NCBI GenBank assembly: GCA_907165135.1 | Contig: OU015568.1 | Coordinates: forward strand, 16,441,208-16,505,207 | Reading direction: 5' to 3' | Origin: Oikopleura dioica | Lineage: Eukaryota > Animalia > Chordata | Length of the DNA: 64,000 nucleotides | Shown: piece after piece, positions 22,634 through 34,600 of the stretch | Numbering within the stretch: the stretch's first letter is position 1 | Layout of the letters: each line of letters starts with the position of its first letter | Notes under the pieces: generated by a model | Seen by the model: the letters and a program-made list of their open reading frames with translations, nothing else | Databases searched by the model: none | Told to the model about the DNA's origin: nothing | Program-made: the position numbers and the translations under genes

Positions 22634-25600
22634 ATGCGGAAGAATAAGGAAGGGGGCGGCGCGCAATCCAACTTCCTAGAAGCGATCATCAGAAAGTCAA
22701 ACACGGGTAATCCATTTTCACTCCAATTACATCACATCGCATTTTCTACGTGCCAGGCTGCCAGCTGCAGCAGATTTTATTCTAAGCAAGTTATCGCAAT
22801 TTAAAACTAGAAGGGAATTACTTTTTATCGCGCGAAAAGTCATGCAAAGTGCAGGGCTTTTACTCAGAAGCCGATTTGCTGTTGATTTTTTCTTTTATCG
22901 AACACTTGGTTAGAACATGGTTTAGTCCAAAGATAATCGCCCAAAAAATAAATCCGATAGAATACGACAAACTTGGCTCGGCAAGCTCTGTCCGAAACCT
23001 GAGTCAGGGCCCTAATGAACATCAATGAAATGCCGCGTAGCGGCTTTTTTAAAAACGAAGCCGCAAAGCGGCTTCGCGAAATTACTATTAGAGTCTTTTA
23101 TTAAATTTGGGCGAAGCGGCTTCGCTTTAAAAAAGCCGCGACGCGGCTTTTCATTGATATTCATTAGGGCTCTGACTCATGTTTCGGAAAAAGCTTGCCG
23201 CGCCCAGAACAGAGACTTTTTTCAAAATCTCAATTCCAAGATTGACGATGAAATTATCGTATTTGAGCCCAAGATTGCCCATTTTTTTCTTCGATCTTTT
23301 CTATGGTTTTCTAAGTTAACCCGCTGATTTTTTTTGATTCCCAAGAAAAAACGCTTCTTTTCCTTGCGCAACTATCATCAACACGCATCAGCTGAAAACA
23401 ACCCTGAGAAAACTACAACTCCAAGATTCGAGATTAACCTGCTCCAGATCATGCGAGAGGTCCCTTTGCTTCTTTCTAGGAATTCATGCTTGCAGTTTCG
23501 GATCACGGTGAAAATTATGTTTTTTCAATGATCAGTTCGAAGTTGATGAATTTTGATCGTCAACTTGAAAAAGAGCATAAAATTGAGCCGCGAGAAGAGT
23601 CTCATTGAGAGGACACTTTTGGGCGAAGTTTGAATTGATTGAGCTGACGTGGTTTTATTCTCAGTTGAATCATTTTTTTCAGTTTTTGTGGTTCAAGCGC
23701 TCTAACTAGCACAGGGGTTATGATTTCGTTTACATTTTAAGAAAACTTGAGTGAGCCGCCAACAGATCCGCATTTTATACCATGGAGTTGAGCTCTAAGG
23801 GGAGATTAGAGAATCTGAGCGACCCTGGCCCTGAGAGTCGCTCGATGTGCAGCGCGCGCAATTTCGCGGCAAGAGCACCTAGTCATGGCAAAAACCCTCG
23901 TCGGCTCTCTTATTGGCTCAGACCCCTTTACTTTCCAGATTCTGTTCTTCAGAATCTCGAGATTCTTCTAAACCGCAAAGCAAGCGTGAAAGAAATTTTC
24001 TAGACTTCCCCGACAGTGATTTGTGCGGGATACGGGAAAGAGGGGCCAGGGGCTTTCTCCCCAAAGAGTTAAACTTCATGGTACTCAGTCGGATGAGAGC
24101 GTAAAATTTGAAGTAGATAGAGCGAAGAAAAGTATTCAAGAATTTTCCGCAGATTTTCTCAATCAAGTGGCCTTGATCAGGTTCTTCCACCTGCTGAATT
24201 TTCGATATTAAAAGGGATCTTTTCAGCGGAGAAGTATAAGAACAGAAATGAAACAAAAGCATACAGATATAGTGCGGTCATTTGAAGCATAAGAAATGAA
24301 GCTTTTCATATTTCAGGAGTAAAAGAGCATAATTCCTTGAAAAAATTTATAAAAATTGAATAAACGTAACTTCCCGTTAATTTTCCCCCTTGCCTTTCTT
24401 CCTTCTAAAAAGCCTTATCAGGTCGAATGTGCATTCAATCATTTTCCAGCACTTTAAAACTGCAGCGTAAGTTTTAATCGCCCTGAGCGATTGATCTTCC
24501 ATCATTTGAAGCATTTCCATTTGAAGCCTAAAAAACTCAAATATTAATCAATCAAGCATTTTTTTCTAGCAGTTTCTGCGAAAATCACCATCAGAGCATT
24601 TTAAAACGTGTTAAAATTGCATTTTGAAAGGAAAAAAAAACTGATAAGACAATTTTTTTTGTTCAAAAATGATTTTCAGCTGGCTCATTTCTCCTGGCAA
24701 ATGCGAAGATACAGGAGAGGGTTCATTCATTTTTTCTCGCTTTTTTCTTGGTTGAACAAACACGCGTAAACTCAGCATTAAATTAGGTACACGAGCTTGA
24801 CTCGTCATGCAACAACCACAAAATTCGAGGTTAGCGTCTTTTAACATACCTAAGACATTTTGACATTTGAGTGTGTATTTGAGTATTTCTCAGGCGGGAA
24901 GCAAGCTGACAATACGTCAGAACAGCTATAAGTTGAATTTTGAGAAATAGCGGAGCGTAAAAGAGAGGATTTGAGACAAAAAACGTTTCTTTTAGAAATC
25001 AATCTGAAAGTATTTTTCGCTAGAATTTTGTCAGCGATAACGAAATTTTTCATCAATCCTCTGATTGAGGATGGTGCCAGAAACCGACAAAAAATTTCGA
25101 CAAATTTTGCGTGGGCGGCTTCTCGGCTGCTGATTTCTAGTTTACCGAATCCAGGCTTCTGATTGGTTGAAAATTTCCTTGCAAAATTTGTCGAAATTTT
25201 TTTGTTGGTTCCAGACACCTCCCCTCTGATTGGTCGAAAAAAAGCTTCAACCAATGAAGAGAAAGATAGAAAATTTCGTTATCAGAAGAAACGATTGTAG
25301 AAAAAAAAAACCGCTCCAGAAATACCTTGTTATTCTGAAGAAAAGACCACGTTTTTCTAGCGTCACCAAAAATTGATAACCTTGGGAATAATATTTGAAA
25401 ATTTCGTCACCACCTTGCTCTCGCCTTAAAATTTGAGCTGTAGTCTTAATCCTTTTGGATTAATAATTATCCACGCAAGCCTGATTAATGATCCCTCGGT
25501 AGGGCCTACCGATCGTCTACTCGTCGGATAAATTCACCTACACGACAGGATACACGCGCGGGGATGTCTTGTTCAAGTCAATCAGTTTGGAATTCATGGC

Positions 25601-28600
25601 CGGCCCGAAGACGGATAATGCCATTTCCATGATCGAAAATGGCATGGAAAAGCAAGAAACATTCCAGGTAAGGAATTAAGACGATCCCGCTTTGGGGGGA
25701 AATGCGGGAATGCCGAGAAAATAACTAAGGGAACTAACGTCGTGGAAAAAATTGTTGTTTGTAACGTTATCTTACTGGAAAGTTGTAAATTGGCTATTTT
25801 TTGTTTGTCTTACCGGACTTTTTGTATTTTTCCAACTACCCACTAAAACAGTACTGATAACAGGAAAATTACTGTTGATCTTCGTAAGTAAAACATCATG
25901 TTTTTTTAGGTCGATGCTATTTTTTACAAACGATCTGGAGCGGCGAGAATGTTTCAGATTCAATGTATTCCGATAAGAAATCATAAAGGAACTGGTTTCA
26001 TAAGGAAAATCAAGATTATTTTTAAAGGAAATTAAAATTTTAGGCAAAAAAGAGGGGAGGTATCAGGAACCAACAAAACATTTTCGACAAATTTGCGTGG
26101 AAATTTTTAACCAATCAGAAACCTGGATTTGACTAATGGGCCAATCAGCAGCCGAGTAGTCGCCCAAGCAAAAATTTTCGAATTTTTTGTTGGTTCCTGA
26201 AGTCACCCCAAAAATACTAAATCTGAAGATTGCGGGTTCAACTCTTGACAAGAACATGATTTTTTCTTCCGTTCTATCTTAAATTTTTTTGGGAAGTAAA
26301 ATTCTTGAATGGAAATATTCTAGTTTTCTGAACGCAAGTTTGCTTCAATTTTCCTGTCATCTGCTACAAAGATCGAGTAGATCCTTATAGCATAACTTTC
26401 TCAGAGGCTCATTTCGAAAGGGCTCAATCAAACCAATTACAGAGGAAATCATTTTCTACACGGTGCATTTGCACGAGCCCGAGCTAAAATCGCCAATGCG
26501 CCGCGATGGTCCTGGCAGATTTGGGATGTTTTCTCGCTCAAGTCGCCAGACAAACCCAGGTACGACTCTTCTAGCTAGCATTTATCGGCGGCACAAATTG
26601 ACACGTCTGTGTATTCTTATCTTTTGCATCATTGCCCTGACTCGTATTTACTCGAAGCAACAGCGGTAATTTTTGTGAACAGTGAATGAGCAAGTTTTTT
26701 TTTTCTGAAAAGCTAGAACACTTGTTTTTTGTTTTTATTCAGCTGACAAAACGGCTATATGGTAAGGTTGATTTTCAAGTTTTTTTTTCTTTTTCAGAGG
26801 AAAAATAATTGGCAACTTGACATTGCTTATAAATTTCCTCGAATGGTCATTTCAAGAATTCTTGCCATACGTAGACTCTGCGTCTTGAAACCGTCATTGT
26901 TATGTAATGTCCGCCTTCCAGCATACTAAAAGTATAGTTAACTTCTCAATACACGGGCGCGCGACTAAGCGCTCAAAACACGGGGTCGGGAAAACCGACC
27001 ACCAAGCATTATTCAGCCCCGCGCGGCGCGCGAAATCCGTAGTGTGAAAAACAGCGCCGACTATGTTGACCTCTTATTCATGTTACCGTCGAGGTTATGA
27101 GTTCAAAACTATACTGTAAGAAAGCTTGAACACTCTGAGCTGACAGCTATTCACTAACGATATTATCAAGGAAAAACAACCTCCCAATTTTTCGATAATG
27201 AGCTCGAGAGAAATCTGGTGCAAAACGCCATCCCTCTCGAGAAATTTCATGAAACTTCGCATAGTGGTTCGATTTGTTCATATAAGTGCACATTGCAAAA
27301 ATCAGGTCAAACGGATTGAAATTGAGGGACAAAGTCGCCGTGGTCGGTTTTACCGACCCCGTGTATTGAGAAGTTAACATAAAGATAACCACACGAGACA
27401 GAAGGTGTATTCGGAATACAGTATTCCACTGACTTTTCAAATCATTTTTTCGGTCATACGGAAAAGTCATTCACAAAAATGTCAGGATACCGAGCCAAAA
27501 TTGATTTTAAAAGGTATATTCGGTCAATAAATGGAGATTCCTCACACTTCAGCCGCGGAGCGGACATTAGTTTTTTGATCAGTTAGAAAACATGCTTGAC
27601 TTTGGTACCGGGTACCAAATTTCTGGTACCGGGTACCAATTTTGGTACCGGGTACCAATTTGGTACCGGAACCGTCCGTCTCCCCAAGAGGCTCCATGTC
27701 CAAAATTGACATTTTCGACTAAAAAAGTAAATACACTTACATTGTCATTTGCTTCTTTATGGTCTGCAGACGCGCGGAATAGCACCACAAAGACAATGCT
27801 CACGAAATCATGAGCAAGCTTAAAGGATAGCAGACGGCTTGTTTCAAAATAAGTGAAGGATTCTATAGACTATTGAATCTGTACAATATAGTCTATAGCC
27901 TATAGACTATTAGCCATAGAATCTATAGACTAAAGCTGACTTACTGTATAGACTAGGCTGGTAGCTTTGATATGAGATTAATTTTATTTATTAAATGATT
28001 TTTGAATCAAGTCGCCCGCCATCCTTATTCCAACTCATTTCTTTTCCTTCGGGAGGAATTCGGGCACAAAAATTATGTTGAATTGCTGTCTCTAAGAACT
28101 TAACGACGTCATCAATTTGGAGCTTGCTAACGTCACGCCTATCGCTTCGACAGGCTAGATCAAATTGATTTTGAGTATATTATATATACTTTAAGTCTAG
28201 AATTTAAACTATATTGATATAAATCTTTAGCCGCAATCCTGTTCCAATACAAGTCTCGATCATTTTTTATTCTTTCCAGGGTTGACCGTCCTTCATTTCC
28301 GAAGACCTCATGCCACCCTAAAAACAACAATCATTTTTTGAGAAGCTTATTCTTTTTATTTTCACCTTCTTCGAGCTGCTCATAAAATTTTTGAGGGTGA
28401 ATGTCAATTTCCCATAAGTCTTTCTCTTTCATGACTTTGTGGTAGCCCAAAGCCTCATGGAGATTGCCCATGCCAAAACCTATTGCCAATCGGAACCGAT
28501 TCACGAGAAGTTGTGTGAACAAATCCCAATTTATTTTCAAACCGTCTTCCGTCTCTTCTTTTGCCATTTTCAAGCGAAAATATATATAAGATGAATATAT

Positions 28601-31600
28601 GAGGCGTTTCTTCAAAGTATTTCCTGGCAAGTTTAACTTGTCAAAATAAAAGTTATTCATAAGATCATTCATCAATATCGTATAATTTCAGAATACCTTC
28701 AAAAGCTTCAACAATTTGCTTCAAAATAAAAAGCGTTTATTTTCAGAAGAGTGCAATGAAGACATGTTGCGAATCCCCGAGCGAGAAAGCAAGACGGGCC
28801 CGGATGTCAAACTCCTCGACACAAGCAGTCAATCCGTCCCTGCTTATATTATTCTTCATTATGGAACGTTCAAGCAGATCTGGGGCTGGTTCATTCTCTT
28901 ATTGCCATGAAAGGGTCCCCAAAAATCTGCCAAAATAGATAAGCTTCTCCTCTTGAAAGGAAACTCTCCTTCTTTCTAGAGATTTTTCTCGAGGGGCAGT
29001 TCTTGTAAGTGAATCCACTTAGACCTAATTCAATCAACGTTGAGCTGGCGTCTCATTTTGGTAATCTGTCTTCATTATATTTTCTGACAAGATAAGCGAG
29101 TATTTTTCCCATGTTCTATGGAACCTATCAGACTCAAAACAGCGCCGCTCTAAAATTTTTAGTCCAAATAAAGGAGCGCTGAAAACAACGCGTTTGCGGA
29201 CCCTCTAAAATAGACATTTTACACCGCAATGATGGTTCCTTACAGTGTAGCATTTAATCATAAGGATCAATTTGGCGCAGGAAAGTGGTGATTTCTCGTT
29301 CTTTTGGAAGAATGAGTCGATTTCTCGCAAAAAAGAAAATCGAGTTTTGCGTTTGTGTTTGACAGTTTTGAAAATTTCACGTCAGCGTCGCATTATCCAG
29401 AATATACACTGATAATCGACGCAAAGAATTTATCAATAAATAATCTTGCGCACCACGGAGCAGCTCAGAGATGGGAGAAGATGAGCTGGCTCGTCATTGA
29501 CAGCATGGTCGATGTTATCTTCATTGCTGATGTCGTTATTAATTTCATGACTTCCATTGTCTCCAGCAGTGGGGAAGTTATTATGGACCCAAAGGTAAGT
29601 TATGCAACAAAAATATTTCTAGCCAATCAGATTCCTGTATTCTCTCTTTCAGCCAATCAGAAGCCGAAAAGGCGCCAACGCAATAATCTAGCCGATTCTT
29701 TCGCCTTGGCGGTGATTCGGCTGCTCATTGGCTGAAAATTTTGCGAATGGTTTTTCATTGGCTAAAAATTCGAAAAATTTTCATGCTTCTATTCGTTGAA
29801 AACTTTTCCCTTGAAAACCCTTAATTCTTAAAAATAGATCATCCGCATGAACTACGTCTCAAATTGGTTCTCATTGGATTTACTTTCCTGGTAAGGACGT
29901 TTATTTTACGCAGCTGCTTTATCTCATTCTTCCCCAGTCTGCCTTACGATCTCATTAATTATATCATCTCGGGCGAGGACGACGAGCCAGGAACTACTGA
30001 TGGAGGAATTACGTCTCTTTTCTCGGCTTTGAAAGTGGCGCGACTTTTGAGAGTGGCAAGAGTTGCTCGAAAACTGGACCATTTTGCCGAGTACTCAGGA
30101 ACTGGGCTCCACCCGTTTTTGGAAAATTAAGGGGGTAGAGGTCGAATAAGCTTATTTTCAAGTTGACATTTATTGATTATTTTACTAAGTAGTATTCTGA
30201 ATTAATCTTCTTAAATCGAAGTTGAGACCCTTAAATTTTACCTACTGAATAAAATCTGTTTGAGACTTACGCTGTCTACCCCCTTAAAAGTCACATCAGA
30301 CGCTTCAACTGTCATTTTGGCGTCTATTTTTGACTCGAGATGTTTTAGTTTTGATCTTTTGATCTTCAAATTCATGTTTTTTCGAAAAAACTAACACTCT
30401 TGCAGAAAAAGAAACTCCTCCCTAAGAAAAATCGTCATTTTGGCCACAAGAACATTCCCAAAATTGACCAGGGCCATAACCACGGTAACGTTACCGCGTC
30501 TGGTCGGACTCAAGAATCCGCGAGAATCTGCAAGCAAATGGATTTCCACGATTGAAGACGTTTTCGTTCTACGAAATCTTTTTGTTTTTAACTTCTTATT
30601 TTTTTTATCAGAACTGCTACGTTTTTCACCTGGAGAGATAATGCGTTTTAAACAAAGTTTAACACAGCCATTGAACGAAAAAAAGTGATAACTTGATAAT
30701 TTTAAAATATTGTAATTTTGTTTTTTTTATAACAAAAAACTGCGGAAAGAATAGCAACGTGGCTTTATTTTTTGTTTTCGTGAAGCAGATGTCTTAATTT
30801 TTGATTATGGTTTCTTGCACACTAATTAACAAATGTGACCCCCTTATATTTTCATCAAATTTGTACAATTTGTACGAGAAAATTACCAGGCTTTTCTAAA
30901 AATAAAAAATATTTTTTCTTGACTCGAAATATAATTCTTTCTTTAGGTTTTATATTATCAAATAAAATAAGGGTATCACCATGATTTAAAAAAAAATAAT
31001 TTAAAATGGTTATCTCTCTTTTTCTGAGCCTCTTTTTCGTTCAGAATATAATTCTTACTTTTATATTTACTTACTATTTTATAAAATAAAATAAGGGTGT
31101 CACCATGTTATTTAAAAAATAGCTGATAATAATTATCCCTCTTTTTTGAGCTCCCTTTTTTGAAATTATTTTTGTCCCTCAAAAATAACGTCGGATATAC
31201 CCTTAAATTTCAAGAAGAAACACGTTATACCCTTATTCGTGTAAGAAGCTTGAACGCGCACTAGAAAAATTGACAGTTGAAGTGTCTGACGCGGGAACAA
31301 GCGAAAACGGTATTCCCAAGTCTGGACTGACGTTGAGCCCAGTTGAAAGGCGTCATGCTTATTCTGCTTGTCTGGAAGGGCTCATGAAAGTCGTCTCTTT
31401 CAAGCGCGGCGGGAACGTCTTTTCTAATTCGGTTCCGAGAAGACGTTCTCTGCGACCGCAAGAATCCAACCCGTGGATGATTTTTCAGTTTTCCGCCACC
31501 TCCGGCTGCCCACCGACGTGTGTTAAAACCCTTCTGCTGAAATTAACAAAGCGCCCTTTCGTTACTTTTTACGAAACATAGAAATTCCATCACATTCATT

Positions 31601-34600
31601 TTAGAATAGAGGTATAAAAGTGACACTCTTCATGTACATTAATTCCTGAAAGACTGTGCTACAGTAACTGTAGAAAATGGTTATGTGACATAACTTATGT
31701 CGCGAAGCCGCTTGGCGGCTTCGTTTTAAAAAAGCCGCTACGCGGCTTTTCATTTAGGCCCTTCAGAATCTGACTTAGTTTTTTTTAGTTAAACAAATTT
31801 ACGGAAGTGATTTTATACATCAGGGTTTTGATTGGCCGGCAGGCAAAATATAGCAATCTTATTGGTCATCCAAAGATGCGCTTCCATAGATTGGTTTAGT
31901 CCGTTTTTTTACTAGCCAAGATCAGATTTTTATGAATCCTTAATCTAACCTTAACCCTAACCCCAATTCTCCGGCGCCTCTGTTTCGAATGTTGTCCCAC
32001 GTTTCGCTAGACTAAGTAATTTTTCAAAAGGGTATTCACTGAATTTTCACTTCCGTTTGAGGCGGAATTTTTACGTGATTTTGAATTCGCTTTTTGGCTT
32101 GTCTCAGTAAGAAAACAAACTCACGTTTCTTTGGATTTAAGTTTCAAATAAGAGGCCCTTTTTATCAAACTGCGTGCTCATTACGTCCTAGGTAATAATC
32201 TCTAATACAGGTCCTAATCGACTTCTGTCCTATCTAAATTGCTTCATCTTCCCAGATCCGCCACTTGAAAAAATGAGTGAGATCATCAGAAAGCGACAAA
32301 TAAAGTTAGTCAATTTCTTGGGCTGAGAATTATTGATTTGACACGGGTTGGAAAAGGCCACGTTCCTTGTTCTGAGGAAGTGGATTTTGATTCAAGAGCT
32401 TTTTGACTAAGTGCTTTTGGATTATTCGGGCACTGGCTGGCGTGTCTTTGGTACTCGATTGGGATCCAGGAACTCTGCAACAAAGAAACTGGCGAAGCTT
32501 TACATCCAGGGCTTCCTCAATAAGAACTTTAATATTTGATTCGAAAAAATAAGCAAAAAATCATAGCGAAAAAATTGCAGAAAAATTTTCAGCCAATCAG
32601 AAGCCCGAAATCTACTTACCGTCCAATCAGATATGCTCCTATCCAAATTTCCTTGGTAAAACCAATATGAGCTTCTGATTGGCTGATTTTTCTCGCCCTT
32701 ATTTTGTTATTAAAAAAGAGGAACTCCAAACTCAGCATTCTTGGCTCATAATAATGGGCGAAACCATCAACAAGCCCTTCAAATTTGACGTCGACTGCAA
32801 CTGGGACTGCGAAGTAGACAACCCTCAATACGATGCTACAAAGCTTGAAAGCGATGAAGAGAAAAAATTATGGATTTGTCCTTCGTCAAGCGAGTGTTAT
32901 TCAGGCACTTGGGTCGTCAAATCAGCCGCGTAAACGTTAGAAAAGCCACGCGTCGATCCAAAGGGATCACTTGCCACTTATCCGCTAATTTGCGGAGAAG
33001 GTGGAAGAAGGTTCAGTCGAATTTTACCGCGAGATCTTATCAACAATTCTAGCGCATTCATAAGACAAACCAATCAAAAAATGTGAATTTAAGATGCTAT
33101 CCAATCAGAGAACGTTTTTCGAAGGCGCTAAATATATAAAAACGCCATCTAGCGATCGATTTTCATTTTTGAAGAAAACTCGATTTTTTTTCAAGAAAAG
33201 ATTAATTCGTAAAACAAATCTGCCGTGTCCTCGGAAAAGAATCGCGGATTCCATTCGCCACAATGTGACATCTGGCGTTGGGCAACCGCATAAGTACCGG
33301 AGGTGACTTGCTCAAGTGTTCTTGGCGACGTTTAGTGTCCAGCAATATCTTCAGCTTTCCAAATCTTCGAAAGCAAACCAGTCAGTTTTTTGTCAATTAT
33401 TCTTCGTAAAATGCCTCGTGTGGGGGATGGAAAGTAATGGCATTTTTGACTCGATAATCTTAGGGTTTTCACTTGTCGTAGAACTTGCCACGATGGGTCG
33501 AAATTCCTGCGGGATCAATGAATTGCTGTTTTCTTTATGCAACTGTAGCAAGTCAAATTGATAGTCGATTTAGAATTCAACATTTATTCGTCCGGAATTT
33601 CATTTATCTCCAGCCCAAGTATTTACTCCCAGGAAGGTCGGTTTTCTCGTAAAAATGAGTTTTTCTTCCCCAAAAGAATGTAAAATATTAATTGTGGTTC
33701 CTTTTTTCCTAATACGAAAATACCGATTCTCATAAAATTGAGCTCGTGGCTGGAAAATCCTTAGAATTTTTTTGAAAAGAAATCGCTTTCGTGGTCAATT
33801 TTTGGCGAGCCAAGACATTAGCATCGCTTTACTTCGTGATGACTTCGCTTACCTCGGTTGGCTTCGGCAACGTCGCGGCAAACACCGCAGCGGAGCAGAT
33901 CTTCTGCGTCTGCATGCTGATTTTCGGCGCTTTGCTGTACGCGACCATCTTCGGAAATGTGACGACCATCATTCAGCAAATCTACGCGGACACAAATCGA
34001 TATCACGACATGCTTTCTTCTGTCAGAGAATTCATGCGACTTTATCAGGTACCAAAGAATAAGATGACACGAAAAAAAATATGTTGGCTTTTGATAAGAA
34101 AATTTATCTTTTATTAAAAATTTTTATCACAGAAATTTTAGAAAGGTCCTTAAGGGATCCCCCCCTGTTTTTTCAACTCTTTATCAGGGGTCTCTTTATA
34201 GCATATTTAGATTCCCCATGTTCTGAGGATCATTTTGATGTATCATACTTCCCCTTTACGAACATCTTTACCCAGAATTCTGGCCCTCGAAAGTCGTAAA
34301 ATTGCATATAAATTGTACTTAGCGTGAAAATTGCAATTTTTTTCAACTTTTCAATGTCAACGAAACCAGACGAATAAGGGGTCTATCGATAGCTTAGAAT
34401 GCAAGGAGAAAGAATATGATGACCGCACTAGAATTTTTGGCCATATATTGGCGCTAGAGAGCTTATTAAAGCCAGAAAAGGGCTAAAGTAGCATCAAAAA
34501 GTTGTTCTTAAGAAAATTTTTTTCTTACTAGACCAAAAAGGTTCTCTGTACTAGAGATTGTAGATTAGGCTCTATTTTTTCAGAATCTTGTTTCAGATTG

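Noticed and set aside
23025-23327. ORFs such as [18 protein letters not shown] (also 16471, 37395, 41990, 53187)
   Set aside because: They are translations of family-A MITE hairpins.
25550-25575. Suspected frameshift in the EAG PAS exon
   Set aside because: On recount the frame is intact (TAC ACG CGC GGG GAT GTC = YTRGDV).
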